Shown piece by piece: positions 34,744-45,367 of a stretch of DNA of 64,000 bases. Source of the stretch: Spirochaetales bacterium (GTDB lineage Bacteria; Spirochaetota; Spirochaetia; JABEVK01). The stretch is from the NCBI GenBank assembly GCA_037142615.1, contig JBAXAI010000020.1:1-64000 (forward strand), written 5' to 3'. Every line of letters begins with the position of its first letter. Position 1 is the first letter of the stretch. Under the pieces are notes generated by a model that searched no databases, was not told the DNA's origin, and worked only from the letters and a program-made list of their open reading frames with translations. The position numbers and the translations under genes were made by a program.

Positions 34744-35172
34744 ATGCGAATCGTAATCTACCGCGCGCTCGGTATCTTGTTCACGGGAATCGGCATCGTC
34801 GGCATCTTTGTCCCGCTGCTGCCCACCACAGACTTGCTTTTGATCGCCCTGTGGTTTTTCGCCCGGAGTTCCCGAAGGCTGGAGAACTGGCTGTTGCACC
34901 ACCGCATCTTTGGCAAGTACGTGTACGACCTGTGGGTGCGCGGTGGCATGACCCGGCAAGCCAAGAAGCGTGCCGTGATCGCGATGAGCTCCGTCCTGTT
35001 GCTTTCTGCGGTGGTCATGCCCTTCTTCTTGAAGAAACTTCCGGTATGGATTTTCGAGCTGATCCTGGCTGGGGTGTGGGGCATCGCGACCACCTATATT
35101 CTTAGTCGGAAGACGCTTGACGAGCTGACCGAAGCGGAGCGACTCGAGAAGATCGCGTCCAAAAACCCTTGA
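34744..35172 (+). CDS. YbaN (DUF454) membrane protein
   Basis: GIFVPLLPTT, FARSS.RL..WLL.H..FG. Confidence 0.9.
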   Translation: MRIVIYRALGILFTGIGIVGIFVPLLPTTDLLLIALWFFARSSRRLENWLLHHRIFGKYVYDLWVRGGMTRQAKKRAVIAMSSVLLLSAVVMPFFLKKLPVWIFELILAGVWGIATTYILSRKTLDELTEAERLEKIASKNP

Positions 35173-35227
35173 TTAGCCCCGGTCCATCCGTTACAGTGAA
35201 GCCAGCGTCTGCTATGCAGGAGACAGT

Positions 35228-35665
35228 ATGAAGACCAAAGTCGATTTCCCCACCATCAACGCCAAGACTCCCGACGGCCAGAAAGAAGACGGAACACCCT
35301 GGCGCGTGCTTATCGTCGACGACTCCATGTTCGTCACCAAGCAGATCGGCCAAATCCTCACCAGCGAAGGGTTTGATATTGTTGGTACAGCCGCCGACGG
35401 CGAAGCCGGGGTAGAAAAGTACAAGGAACTGTTTCCGAACGTCGATTTCGTCACCATGGACATCACGATGCCCAAAATGGACGGCGTCACCGCCCTCGAG
35501 AAGATCGTCGAGTTCGACGCGAACGCCCGGGTGATCATGGTCAGTGCTCTGGGCAAGCAGGATCTGGTGAAGGACGCCCTCATCAAGGGTGCCAAGAACT
35601 ACATTGTTAAGCCGCTTGACCGCGAAAAAGTGCTCGAACGCGTCTTGATGAGCCTCAAGAAGTAA
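35228..35665 (+). CDS. cheY: CheY response regulator, spirochaete type
   Basis: VLIVDDS, MDITMPKMDG, YIVKP; N-terminal extension. Confidence 0.9.
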   Translation: MKTKVDFPTINAKTPDGQKEDGTPWRVLIVDDSMFVTKQIGQILTSEGFDIVGTAADGEAGVEKYKELFPNVDFVTMDITMPKMDGVTALEKIVEFDANARVIMVSALGKQDLVKDALIKGAKNYIVKPLDREKVLERVLMSLKK

Positions 35666-35696
35666 ACCAACACCCAAGTCCGGTACCATACAGCAG

Positions 35697-35727
35697 GCGA
35701 CGCTCCCGGGCGTCGCTTTGTTATTTC
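35697..35727 (+). terminator. Possible intrinsic terminator after cheY
   Basis: GCGACGC-tcccgg-GCGTCGC followed by TTTGTTATTT. Confidence 0.5.
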
Positions 35728-35744
35728 TGACGCAAGGAACTGCC

Positions 35745-36950
35745 ATGATTGTCAAAGCCAAAATTATCAACAACATCTGCCTCACCTCGCACCCGGTGGG
35801 CTGCGCCGCCGACGTCCAGCGGCAAATCGCTACCGTGCAGGCGCGCGGGAAGGTCGAAAACGGCCCCAAGAACGTGCTGGTGATTGGTTCGTCCACGGGC
35901 TACGGCCTTGCCAGCCGCATCCTGTCGGCCTTCGGGGCGGGTGCCAAGACCCTCGGGGTGGCCTTCGAAAAGGCAGGCAGCGAGAAGGGACCCGGCACCG
36001 CAGGGTTCTACAATACGCTCGCCTTCGACGCGGCCGCCAAAAAGGCGGGGCTGTTCAGCAGAAGCTTCAACGGCGATGCGTTCGCCGACGCCACCAAGGC
36101 TGAAGTCATCGAAGCCATCCGCCAGGACCTCGGCAAAATCGACCTGATGATCTATTCGCTGGCCAGCCCCGTGCGCACCGACCCCAAGGACGGCGTGATG
36201 CACCGATCAGTGCTCAAGCCCGTAGGCCAGGAGTTTGTCGCCAAGTCGATCGACCCGTTCAAGGGTGAGGTTCGGGTTCACACCATCGCACCGGCCACCG
36301 AAGAAGAGGTTGCCGCCACGATCAAGGTGATGGGCGGTGAAGACTGGGAACTGTGGATCGACGCGCTCGAGAAGGCCGGCGTGCTGGCGCAGGGCTTCCG
36401 CACCGTCGCCTACACGTACATCGGGCCCAAGGTCACCTACCCCTTTTACCGCGAGGGCACCATCGGCAAGGCCAAGGAGCACCTGGAGGCCACCAGCAAG
36501 GGCCTGCACGCCAAGCTGAAGAAGTCCGTCGGTGGTGGGGCCTGGATCAGCGTCAACAAAGCGTTGGTGACCCGCGCGAGCTCGGTCATTCCTGCGGTCA
36601 GCCTGTACATTTCGCTCTTGTACAAAGTGATGAAGGGCAAGAAGTTGCACGAAGGTTGCATCGAGCAGATCGACCGCTTGTTCCGCGATCGCCTGAGCAA
36701 GGGGCAGGATATTCCCGTTGATTCGCTGGGCATGATCCGGCTCGACGACTGGGAAATGCGTGACGACGTGCAGGCAGAAGTGTCGGCTCAGTGGGACAAG
36801 GTCGACGGCGAAAACCTGCGCGAGCTGTGCGACGTCAAGGGTTTCGAGGAGGAGTTCCTCCAGCTCAACGGGTTCGCCATCCCGGGAGTGGACTACGAAG
36901 CTGACCTTTCGACCGAGGTTCTGGAACACGGCCCCGGTCACGGGTTATGA
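35745..36950 (+). CDS. fabV: Enoyl-ACP / trans-2-enoyl-CoA reductase
   Basis: HPVGC, GSSTGYGLASR, YSLASP.R, VMGGEDWELW, GTIGKAK. Confidence 0.95.
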   Translation: MIVKAKIINNICLTSHPVGCAADVQRQIATVQARGKVENGPKNVLVIGSSTGYGLASRILSAFGAGAKTLGVAFEKAGSEKGPGTAGFYNTLAFDAAAKKAGLFSRSFNGDAFADATKAEVIEAIRQDLGKIDLMIYSLASPVRTDPKDGVMHRSVLKPVGQEFVAKSIDPFKGEVRVHTIAPATEEEVAATIKVMGGEDWELWIDALEKAGVLAQGFRTVAYTYIGPKVTYPFYREGTIGKAKEHLEATSKGLHAKLKKSVGGGAWISVNKALVTRASSVIPAVSLYISLLYKVMKGKKLHEGCIEQIDRLFRDRLSKGQDIPVDSLGMIRLDDWEMRDDVQAEVSAQWDKVDGENLRELCDVKGFEEEFLQLNGFAIPGVDYEADLSTEVLEHGPGHGL

Positions 36951-38998
36951 CCACCCCGCCGAAGTTCCGCCAGCGACTGTTCCTGACGTTGACGGCGGTT
37001 GTTTTTGCCTCGCTGGTGTTGCAGACCTGGTTGATGTTCCGGGTGGGCGAAGTCATGCTCGGCATTTCGGACCCCGTTGGTTTTCTGGTATCGCGCTTGG
37101 TGCCGCTGCTGTGGCAGTCGTTGCCCATCATCTTGGTGGCCGGCGCCCTTTTGATGCGAAAGCTCGAGTTCCTCGACGCGGTGACCAACCGGTTGCACCG
37201 TAAGGAACCCGTAGCGCCCGAGGAGCTTTCACGGGCCAAGAAGGATCTGCTCGCCATCCCGCTTTGGGTGTACTCCATCAACTTGGTCGGCTACACGGTC
37301 GGCCTCGTGGTGCAGATGCTGGTGTACCCCCAGCGACTGTTCAGCTGGTCTGGCGGTCTCGAAATCCTGTTCAATTTTGCGTCGGCGGGCCTCATCGCTT
37401 CGCTCATCCTCGGGCTGTTCAATCTTATTCTGGGCAGGGTGCGCGAACTGCTGCACGTGACCCGCCTCGACCCGAGTTTGGGGAAACCTCAAAAGCAGCA
37501 CACCGCCACGTTCTGGATGGCCTTCTTCCTGTCGGCTTACGTCATCCTGTTCGGCCTGATGGTCGGTGCGCGGTACGCCGACACGCAAACCGAGTACATT
37601 CACGCGTTGCAGAGGGTGATGTCTGGGGAAGACCGGGCCGCCGTCTCGAAGCAGTACTACGACAACCTCCGCCAGACCTATTCCGAGGCCGGGATTGCCA
37701 CCCGTGACGACCTGTTGGCCATTGCCCCCGCCCTCTACACCGCTGGAAGCTTTTTCCTGCCTGTTGCTCTGCTGTTTTTGGCCCTTGCCTCGGGCGGGTG
37801 GTGGATCTCGACCCGCTACCAGGCCCTGCAACTGGTCAAACTCCGCGACCGAATGGAGGAAGCCCTCGAGGGCGGCAACTTGGAGCGTGAGCTCGAAATC
37901 GTACAACTCGACGAAGTCGGGCAGCTGGCGCACGCCATCAACCTGCTCACTCACAGCCAGAATCAGCGGCTTCATCAACTGACCCGAGCCGCCGTCAGCG
38001 TGGAGCAGGCCACACGTCCACTGCCAGAAATCACCCGGCAGTCGCAGGAAGCGGCGCTGCAGATACAAGTCTCGTCGAGCTCGATCGTGTCGGTGGCCGA
38101 CCGGGAGATCGTGTCGGTGCACGAAGCCCAATCGCGGCTCGATGCTGCCCTGACCTCGTTCGACGACATCGTCGTGGGTGTGGATGCCCAGTCGGCGCAC
38201 GTGAGTTCGGCCTCGAGCGCGATGAAGCAGATGGCCTCGAGCATCGCGGGGGTCACCAAGACCACACAGGAAGCCAAGTCTTTGGCTGAGCGGCTCAAAG
38301 TCAACTCGCAAAGCGGCACCAAGGCCCTGGCTTCGGCGGTTCTCGCCATCCAGGCGATCGAAACCGCCAGCCGCGAGGTCGACAAACTCACCTCTTCGAT
38401 CGCCAAGATCAGCTCCCAAACCAGCCTTTTGGCCATGAATGCCGCCATCGAGGCTGCCCACGCCGGCGACACCGGTTCGGGCTTTGCGGTGGTGGCCGAA
38501 GAAGTGCGCGAACTTGCCACCTCGAGTTCCGCGAGCAACACCAAAATCAAGAAAAAAATCGCCGAGATGCTCGTGCTGGTCGAGAACGGCGTGCACCAAA
38601 GCACCGAAGTCGGCCAGTCGTTCGACAAGATCGGCAAAGATATCGCCAGCACGGCGGCCCTGGTGAGTGAAATCGCCAGCGCCATGCAGGAGCAGAACGT
38701 CGGCACCGAGCAGATTCTTGTTTCGATGGCAGCCCTTGTCGAAGCCTCGAACCTCATCCGCGAAACCGCTGGCGTTCAAAAGGAACACAACGTCCACTTG
38801 CGCCAAGCGGTGGGTCACATCACCGGTTCGTTCGAGACCATACGGGGCGGAGGGGTGACCGTAGCGCAGGATTCCCGCAAGATCCAGGAAGCGGTCTCTC
38901 GACTCGAAGCTTTCACCGAAGACAGCAACGTAGTTGTCGACAAGCTTGCGGCGGTGGTGAAGGCGATGGGTGGCAAGACGGAGAGCGACCGGACGTGA
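36947..38998 (+). CDS. Methyl-accepting chemotaxis protein with multi-TM N-terminus
   Basis: HAMP DEVGQL; LLAMNAAIEAAHAG..GFAVVAEEVR. Confidence 0.93.
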   Translation: MTTPPKFRQRLFLTLTAVVFASLVLQTWLMFRVGEVMLGISDPVGFLVSRLVPLLWQSLPIILVAGALLMRKLEFLDAVTNRLHRKEPVAPEELSRAKKDLLAIPLWVYSINLVGYTVGLVVQMLVYPQRLFSWSGGLEILFNFASAGLIASLILGLFNLILGRVRELLHVTRLDPSLGKPQKQHTATFWMAFFLSAYVILFGLMVGARYADTQTEYIHALQRVMSGEDRAAVSKQYYDNLRQTYSEAGIATRDDLLAIAPALYTAGSFFLPVALLFLALASGGWWISTRYQALQLVKLRDRMEEALEGGNLERELEIVQLDEVGQLAHAINLLTHSQNQRLHQLTRAAVSVEQATRPLPEITRQSQEAALQIQVSSSSIVSVADREIVSVHEAQSRLDAALTSFDDIVVGVDAQSAHVSSASSAMKQMASSIAGVTKTTQEAKSLAERLKVNSQSGTKALASAVLAIQAIETASREVDKLTSSIAKISSQTSLLAMNAAIEAAHAGDTGSGFAVVAEEVRELATSSSASNTKIKKKIAEMLVLVENGVHQSTEVGQSFDKIGKDIASTAALVSEIASAMQEQNVGTEQILVSMAALVEASNLIRETAGVQKEHNVHLRQAVGHITGSFETIRGGGVTVAQDSRKIQEAVSRLEAFTEDSNVVVDKLAAVVKAMGGKTESDRT

Positions 38999-40314
38999 AC
39001 GCGATCACCGCAGAGATTCTCCTGCTCCTCGTCTTGCTTCTGCTCAATGGCTTCTTCGTGATGGCCGAGATTTCTATCCTGTTGTCGCGCAAGTCCAAGC
39101 TCAAGCAAAAGGCCGAGGACGGCAAAAAGTCGTACCAGAAGGTGCTCGCCCTGGCCCAGCACCCGGGCCCGTTCTTGTCGACGATGCAGGTGGGCATCAC
39201 GCTCATTGGCATCCTGGTGGGGGCTTTGGGTGAAAAGACCCTGTCGGCAGATTTGGAGGTGACCGTCTCGAGCGTGGCCTTTTTGGCACCGTGGTCGGAG
39301 CTGATCAGCTTTATTGTGGTGGTCATCGGCATCGCCCTGGTGTCGGTGTTCATCGGCGAGCTGGTGCCCAAACGCATTGCGCTGAGCAACCCGGAGCGAA
39401 TCGCGGCTTCGGTCGTCGTTCCCATCCGGGTCTTTTCGCTGATCTTCTACCCGCTGGAGCGCTTTTTGACCTACTGCACCGACGCGGTGCTCAAAGTGCT
39501 GGGCGTCAAACCTGCGGAGGACTCTCCGGTTACCGAAGAGGAACTGCTGGTAATGCTCCGCGAAGGCCGCGAGGCCGGAGTCTTTCACGAGGTGGAGCAG
39601 AATCTGGTCGAAAACGTCCTGGACCTGGACGACAAGGGTACCCATGGGTACCTCACGCCCCGCATCGACGTTCTGTTCTTTGAAAAAGACACGCCCATGG
39701 AAGAAGTCAAGCGCGCGGTACTCGACAACCCTAGCCTGGTGTCGTTCCCGGTGTGCGACAGCGGCTTGGACAACGTGATCGGCGTGGTGGAATGCAAACG
39801 CCTGCTGATGGCGATGGCCGAGGGGAAGGTGGGCGAGCTGCAGGACTACCTCGAAACCCCGATTTTTGTGCCCTCGTCGGTGAGCGCACTCAAGGTGCTG
39901 TCGGTGTTCAAAGAAAAGCGCGTCACGATGGTGCTGATCGTCGACGAGTACGGCGGCATTCAGGGAGTGATGACCATTCAGAACATTCTGGAGCGCCTGT
40001 TCGGCGAAGTCGTTACTCAGCCTGAAGATACACCCCAGATCATTCGCCGCGAGGATGGCTCGTACCTGGTCGACGGCCCGTTGGCCTTTGCCGACTTCGC
40101 CAAGTTTTTCGACGTGGAAAAGGAATGGGAGCTCGAGAAGGGTGACTACCACACGGTGGCTGGCTTTATTCTCAAGCGCATGGGGCGCATCCCCTCGGCG
40201 GCCAATTACTTCGTGTGGAAGACCTTCTACTTCGAGGTGCTCGACATGGACGGCGTGCGGGTCGACAAGATCCTGGTGCGGCGCTTTGAGAAGAAGAGCA
40301 AACCGGTTGCTTGA
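38995..40314 (+). CDS. Hemolysin/CNNM family (DUF21-CBS-CorC)
   Basis: NGFFVMAE, FLSTMQVGIT, GELVPK, VDEYGG. Confidence 0.93.
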   Translation: MNAITAEILLLLVLLLLNGFFVMAEISILLSRKSKLKQKAEDGKKSYQKVLALAQHPGPFLSTMQVGITLIGILVGALGEKTLSADLEVTVSSVAFLAPWSELISFIVVVIGIALVSVFIGELVPKRIALSNPERIAASVVVPIRVFSLIFYPLERFLTYCTDAVLKVLGVKPAEDSPVTEEELLVMLREGREAGVFHEVEQNLVENVLDLDDKGTHGYLTPRIDVLFFEKDTPMEEVKRAVLDNPSLVSFPVCDSGLDNVIGVVECKRLLMAMAEGKVGELQDYLETPIFVPSSVSALKVLSVFKEKRVTMVLIVDEYGGIQGVMTIQNILERLFGEVVTQPEDTPQIIRREDGSYLVDGPLAFADFAKFFDVEKEWELEKGDYHTVAGFILKRMGRIPSAANYFVWKTFYFEVLDMDGVRVDKILVRRFEKKSKPVA

Positions 40315-40356
40315 CAGACGATCCTCGACATGTTAATGATCATTAACGAGGAATCC

Positions 40357-41271
40357 ATGAAGAAACTTGCTATCACAGTCCTTTCTTGTCTGCTGCTGAC
40401 CGTTTTGAGTCCTGCGCAGTCGCTCAGTAAGGTCAGGGTTCCCGTGGCGCGTACCGTGTCTTCCATAGCGGTGCTGGAGCTGGGAGGCAAGACGATTGCC
40501 GGCGTTGCCATCGAGACACCGTTTTTCGACGACCACCCTTTGGCCGTGGCCGAATTGCTGGGGGGCAACTCGCAGGTCCTGCTCACCGGCAGCTCCCTCG
40601 GCATCAAGAACTCGCAAGCCGGTGGCCCGCTGGTGCAGGTTGGCACCCCGGTATGGGATGTCTCCGGCCTCGTGACGCTGGACCCCGCGATCAAGAGCCT
40701 CGACGACCTGGCCGGCAAGTTGGTGCTGTTGCCCCTGGTGAACGGGCCGCTGGACCTGCAATTCAAGGCCATTCTCAAGGCCAAGGGCCTCGACACCAAG
40801 GTGAAGATTGATTACGCCGAACCCGCTCAAAGCATGGCGCTCCTGCTCGCCAAAAAGGCCGACGCCGCCGGGCTGCCCGAGCCGCTGGTGAGTTCCTTGG
40901 TACTGCTCAAGGGAGCCACCGAGATCACGACCTTCGCCAAGGCCTGGGCTCCGCTCAACGGTGGCGATGGCCGTGCGCCTCAGGTGAGCTTGCTGGCTCG
41001 CCGCGACTTCGCCGCCGCCAACCCCGGGTTTCTGAAAGCGCTGGTGGCCGAAGTGCGCAAGACCATCGCCGCCGTTCAGGCCGACCCGAAGGCCTTCGCC
41101 GCCAAGTACTCGACGGTGCTGAACCTGCCGGCGGCGGTGGTCGAACGGGGCCTGAGCAACACCCAGTTCGACCTGCCCAACCCCGCCACAGCCGCTCAAC
41201 TCTACGCCAACTACCTGAGCCTGACCGGCGAGATCAAACCTGTCGCGGCTGACTTCTTTTTTCAGGAATAG
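40357..41271 (+). CDS. NitT/TauT-type ABC substrate-binding protein
   Basis: Signal peptide, SLDDLAGK, ADAAGLPEP. Confidence 0.82.
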   Translation: MKKLAITVLSCLLLTVLSPAQSLSKVRVPVARTVSSIAVLELGGKTIAGVAIETPFFDDHPLAVAELLGGNSQVLLTGSSLGIKNSQAGGPLVQVGTPVWDVSGLVTLDPAIKSLDDLAGKLVLLPLVNGPLDLQFKAILKAKGLDTKVKIDYAEPAQSMALLLAKKADAAGLPEPLVSSLVLLKGATEITTFAKAWAPLNGGDGRAPQVSLLARRDFAAANPGFLKALVAEVRKTIAAVQADPKAFAAKYSTVLNLPAAVVERGLSNTQFDLPNPATAAQLYANYLSLTGEIKPVAADFFFQE

Positions 41272-41272
41272 C

Positions 41273-42676
41273 ATGAGGACCAGCCCTTGGCGAGCGGCGT
41301 TTGCGCTCCCCGCACTGGGGTTGGTTCCCGTCATAGCGCTCTGGTACGCCGGAACATGGCTCTTCAGTCCCGATATTGTCCCCTGGCTGCCCGACATTCT
41401 GGCCCGCCTGGGGACAGACCTCTTGCTGGGGTCCACGTGGACCGACCTGGGCCTGACGCTGGCCCGGACGCTTGCGGGCTTTGTGCTGGCCTTTGCCTTG
41501 GGTCTCCCTTTGGGCCTCTTCATGGGCAAGTCGAGCGGGGCCAACGCATCGCTGTTTCTGCCGGTGATCCTGTTGCAGGCCTGCCCCCCGCTGTTCTGGG
41601 TGATTCCACTGATTCTGATTCTCGGCACCGATGGTCAGGCCCCGATTGCGGTGGTGTTTCTGGTGGTGTTCCCGCTGGTGGTGCTCAACGTGCGCGACGC
41701 CCGCAAGGCCATCTTCGCGTCGGCCTTTGACCTGTTTGCGGTGTATGCACCCTCGCGCCGCCTGGTGTGGAGCGAACTGCTGTTACCGGCCCTTACCCCT
41801 GCCCTGCGTGCCAGCCTGGTGCTGGGTCTCGTGCTCGGCCTCAAAAGTTCCGTGATCGGCGAGTGGTTTGGCAGCCACACGGGCTTGGGCCGTGCCATCT
41901 ACCGCTTTTACGGTGTGTTCGACATGCCCGGTTTTTTCGCGTTGGTGTTCCTGTTCCTCGTGGTGGGCGCGTTGGTGGGTCTGGGGGCTCAGGCTGCCGC
42001 TGACCGCTTCCTGCCCGAACGACGCCCCGGGAGCGGACTGAGCTCGCGGGGACGGCGGGAACAACCGGAAGTGTTGCCCCCAGCGGGGGTACAGTTTCAG
42101 GGCGTCTGGTTCGCGTGGGGGCACAAACAGGTGCTGCGCGGGTACGACTTGAGCCTCGCACCGGCCGAGAGCGTGGTTCTGGTGGGACCCTCGGGTTGCG
42201 GCAAGACCACCTTGGCGCGGCTCGCGCTGGGGCTGCTTTCACCCAAAGAGGGTCGCGTGACCGGCCCCCAGCGCCCCGCGGTCCTGTTTCAGGAAGACGG
42301 CCTGTTGGCGCACCGCGATGTGCTGGGCAATGTGCTGCTCCCGGCGCGTGAGCAAAATCGAGGCCCCGGGGCTGAGGCAGAAGCCCGCGCGCTGATCGCC
42401 AGGGTCGGCCTTGCCGGCGAAGAAGCCAGCTTTCCCGCCGAACTCTCGGGCGGCATGAAAAAGCGGGTGGCCCTTGCGCGCGCTCTCATGCAAAGACCCG
42501 ACTTCTTGCTGCTCGATGAGCCATTCCAAAACCTCGACCAAGCCTCGCGCAACGACTTGTGGGACCTTGTGTTTGAGGTCCTCGCCGCCACCGGAATTGG
42601 CGCGCTCATCATCACGCACTATCCCGCCGAGCTCGAAGGCAGGCCCGTGACGCGGACGGTGGCTTTTCCCGCCTAA
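41273..42676 (+). CDS. Fused ABC permease-ATPase (NitT/TauT type)
   Basis: TM domain with GEWFG..GLG, then GPSGCGKTT, LSGGM, LLLDEPF. Confidence 0.88.
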   Translation: MRTSPWRAAFALPALGLVPVIALWYAGTWLFSPDIVPWLPDILARLGTDLLLGSTWTDLGLTLARTLAGFVLAFALGLPLGLFMGKSSGANASLFLPVILLQACPPLFWVIPLILILGTDGQAPIAVVFLVVFPLVVLNVRDARKAIFASAFDLFAVYAPSRRLVWSELLLPALTPALRASLVLGLVLGLKSSVIGEWFGSHTGLGRAIYRFYGVFDMPGFFALVFLFLVVGALVGLGAQAAADRFLPERRPGSGLSSRGRREQPEVLPPAGVQFQGVWFAWGHKQVLRGYDLSLAPAESVVLVGPSGCGKTTLARLALGLLSPKEGRVTGPQRPAVLFQEDGLLAHRDVLGNVLLPAREQNRGPGAEAEARALIARVGLAGEEASFPAELSGGMKKRVALARALMQRPDFLLLDEPFQNLDQASRNDLWDLVFEVLAATGIGALIITHYPAELEGRPVTRTVAFPA

Positions 42677-45315
42677 CTCCGCCCTGGCTTCTGGAACCTT
42701 TGCAGCGCTTCCATTCCCAAGCCGGCCACGACCGCAGCGCCGACGGTCAAACCAAGGTCAAAGGGCGAGAGCGGCACCAGCCTCAGGAACCCGTCCGACA
42801 GGCCGGGGAGGTACATCGCCAGCAACTGCAAAGCCAAGACTCCCAGGGCCATGAAGAACGTCGGAGGCAGCCCCTTGGCGCTTCGCGAACGGCTGATCCA
42901 CGCCTGAACAATCTGCGAAAACGCCAGGGTGACGAACAGGAGAGTCTGGGCGTGTTGTGGTGAGCCCCCGCCCAGCAACCCGACCGCGAGGGCGACGGCT
43001 GCGATCAGGGCGCCGGTGGCAAGTACCCTTAGTCCCCGGCCCGTGAAGATGCCGGCGGATGGATCCTGAGGTGAGCGCTGCATCACCCCCTTTTCGGCCT
43101 TTTCGAGGCCCAGACCCAAGCCGAGCAACCCGTCGGTCAAAAGATTGAGCCAGAGTAGCTGGAGCGGTTGCAGGGCGGCGGCGGACTCCCAGTTTCCACC
43201 GGCGAAGAGGATGGGCAGTGGCCAAAGCAGCATCACAAGGACCTTGCCGAGGTTGCCGGCCACGACAAAGTACACAAACCGTTTGAGGTTGTCGTAGATT
43301 GTCCGGCCCTCTTCCACGGCCGCCACAATGGTGGCAAAGTTGTCGTCGGTGAGAATCATGGCCGAGGCCTCTTTCGACACATCGGTGCCCGTAATTCCCA
43401 TGGCGATGCCGATATCGGCGCGTTTGAGGGCCGGTGCGTCGTTGACCCCGTCGCCGGTCATCGCAACCACCTGGTTCTGCTTCTGGAGCGCTTCGACAAG
43501 CCTGAGTTTGTGCTCGGGGCTGACGCGGGCAAACACGTTGACCGAGGCGGCCTGCCGCGCCAAAAGAGTCTCGTCGCCTTGGCTAAGGTCGATGCCGGTG
43601 ACCACGGCCGAGTTTTCCTCGGCGATGCCCAGATCCTTGGCAATCGCCAGAGCCGTCAGCGGGTGGTCTCCGGTGATCATGATGGTGCGGATTCCAGCGG
43701 CTGTAGCCAGCGCGACGGCCTGCCGCACTTCGGGTCGGGGCGGATCCACCAGTGCCGCAAGGCCCACAAAAACGAGGTCTTTCTCGTCCTGTTCCGAAGA
43801 GGTCAGTTGGGTCGTGCTCATCGGCTTGAGCGCCAGGGTGAGCACCCGGAGGCCCTGGGCGGCCCAGCGGTCGTGAGCCGTGCGCACCAGCGCCTCGTGT
43901 TCGGGGTTCCAAGACGCAAGCACGCCGTCGTTGAGCACCTGCGTCACGCGGGGAAGGATGGTGTCGAGGGCGCCCTTGACCAGCAGAACGTAGTCCGCCG
44001 GGATTTGTAGACCCAGCAGGTTGCCCAGAGCCACCGAGGCGTGGAGCGTGCTCATGCGTTTGCGCTCGGAGTCGAAGGGCCATTCCCCGAGCCGGGGCAG
44101 AAGCTCGGAAAGCCCTTGTTTCGTCAGGCCCAGCCGCACCAGGCCGCCCAGAAAAGCCGTCTCGGTCGGGTCGCCGTTCTCGGGCGTCTCGGCATCGTTG
44201 CACAGCGAGCCGACGAGCACAGGGCCCAAGGCGGCTGTTTTCGGCGACTGGGGTGAAAACTCGGTGACTTCGCCCACAGCGGTCCAGGTTCGTACCAGGG
44301 TCATCCGGTTTTCGGTCAGCGTTCCGGTCTTGTCGGAGCAGATGACCGTCACGCTGCCCAGAGTCTCGACGGCCGGCAGCTTGCGGATGAGCGCGTTGCG
44401 CTTGAGCATGCGCTGGGCCCCGATGGCGAGGGTAAGCGTGACCACCGCAGGCAGGCCCTCGGGAATCACGGCGACCGCCACCGAGATAGCCGTGAGAATC
44501 AAGTCAACCAGTTGGCCGCCCGAGGCCAAGCCCAGCGCCAACACGGCCAGCGCAACGGCGGCACCGGCACCCGCCAACTGTTTGCCGACCTTGTCGAGGC
44601 GCTTTTGCAAAGGTGTCTCGTGCGCACCCACGTCCTGGATCAGCGTGGCGATCCGGCCGAGTTCGGTGGCCATGCCCGTCGCCGTGACCACGAAAACTCC
44701 GCGACCATAGGTGACCTGCGTGCCGAGGTACACCGAGTTTCGGCGGTCGCCCAGGGGCGCGGCTTCGGAGCAGACTTCCTTCGCGTCTTTTTCGACCGCT
44801 TCCGACTCGCCGGTCAAGGCCGACTCCTGAATCCGCAGGTTGGCACCCTCGGTCAGTCGTCCGTCGGCGGGTACAACGGAACCGGCTTCCAAAAGGACCA
44901 GGTCGCCGGGCACCAACTGGTCGCCGGGGACGGTGACGACGATGCCGTTCCGGCGCACCCGGACCAGGGGAACGCTAAGCTTTTTCAGCGCGGCGATGGC
45001 CTTTTCGGCCCGGAACTCCTGAAAGAAGCCGAATGCGACAAACAGCACGACAATCGCCAGGATGGATACCGCTTCGAGGGTCTTGCCCAGCACGCCCGAA
45101 AGGAGCGCGGCCCCGAGCAAGAGCAGCACCATGACGGCCGAAACCTGCTCCCACAGGAGCATCCAGGGATTGAACTGGGCCTTTTCGGTCAGGCGGTTGG
45201 GTCCCCAAGTCTGGAACCCTTGCTGAACTTGCTGGTCCGAAAGGCCGGTGGTCGGTTCGACCCCCAGGCTGTTGCAGACTTCGGTACTTGTCGCTGTATG
45301 GGGCAAAGGGTTCAT
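42673..45315 (-). CDS. Cation-transporting P-type ATPase (type IIA, Ca2+-like)
   Basis: TGES, IPEGL, DKTGTLT, MITGD, GDGVND. Confidence 0.95.
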   Translation of the reverse strand: MNPLPHTATSTEVCNSLGVEPTTGLSDQQVQQGFQTWGPNRLTEKAQFNPWMLLWEQVSAVMVLLLLGAALLSGVLGKTLEAVSILAIVVLFVAFGFFQEFRAEKAIAALKKLSVPLVRVRRNGIVVTVPGDQLVPGDLVLLEAGSVVPADGRLTEGANLRIQESALTGESEAVEKDAKEVCSEAAPLGDRRNSVYLGTQVTYGRGVFVVTATGMATELGRIATLIQDVGAHETPLQKRLDKVGKQLAGAGAAVALAVLALGLASGGQLVDLILTAISVAVAVIPEGLPAVVTLTLAIGAQRMLKRNALIRKLPAVETLGSVTVICSDKTGTLTENRMTLVRTWTAVGEVTEFSPQSPKTAALGPVLVGSLCNDAETPENGDPTETAFLGGLVRLGLTKQGLSELLPRLGEWPFDSERKRMSTLHASVALGNLLGLQIPADYVLLVKGALDTILPRVTQVLNDGVLASWNPEHEALVRTAHDRWAAQGLRVLTLALKPMSTTQLTSSEQDEKDLVFVGLAALVDPPRPEVRQAVALATAAGIRTIMITGDHPLTALAIAKDLGIAEENSAVVTGIDLSQGDETLLARQAASVNVFARVSPEHKLRLVEALQKQNQVVAMTGDGVNDAPALKRADIGIAMGITGTDVSKEASAMILTDDNFATIVAAVEEGRTIYDNLKRFVYFVVAGNLGKVLVMLLWPLPILFAGGNWESAAALQPLQLLWLNLLTDGLLGLGLGLEKAEKGVMQRSPQDPSAGIFTGRGLRVLATGALIAAVALAVGLLGGGSPQHAQTLLFVTLAFSQIVQAWISRSRSAKGLPPTFFMALGVLALQLLAMYLPGLSDGFLRLVPLSPFDLGLTVGAAVVAGLGMEALQRFQKPGRS

Positions 45316-45367
45316 GATTCCGCCAGATTAGGGATTCCTCATAAAGTGACTTAGTGGGGCGCTCAAG

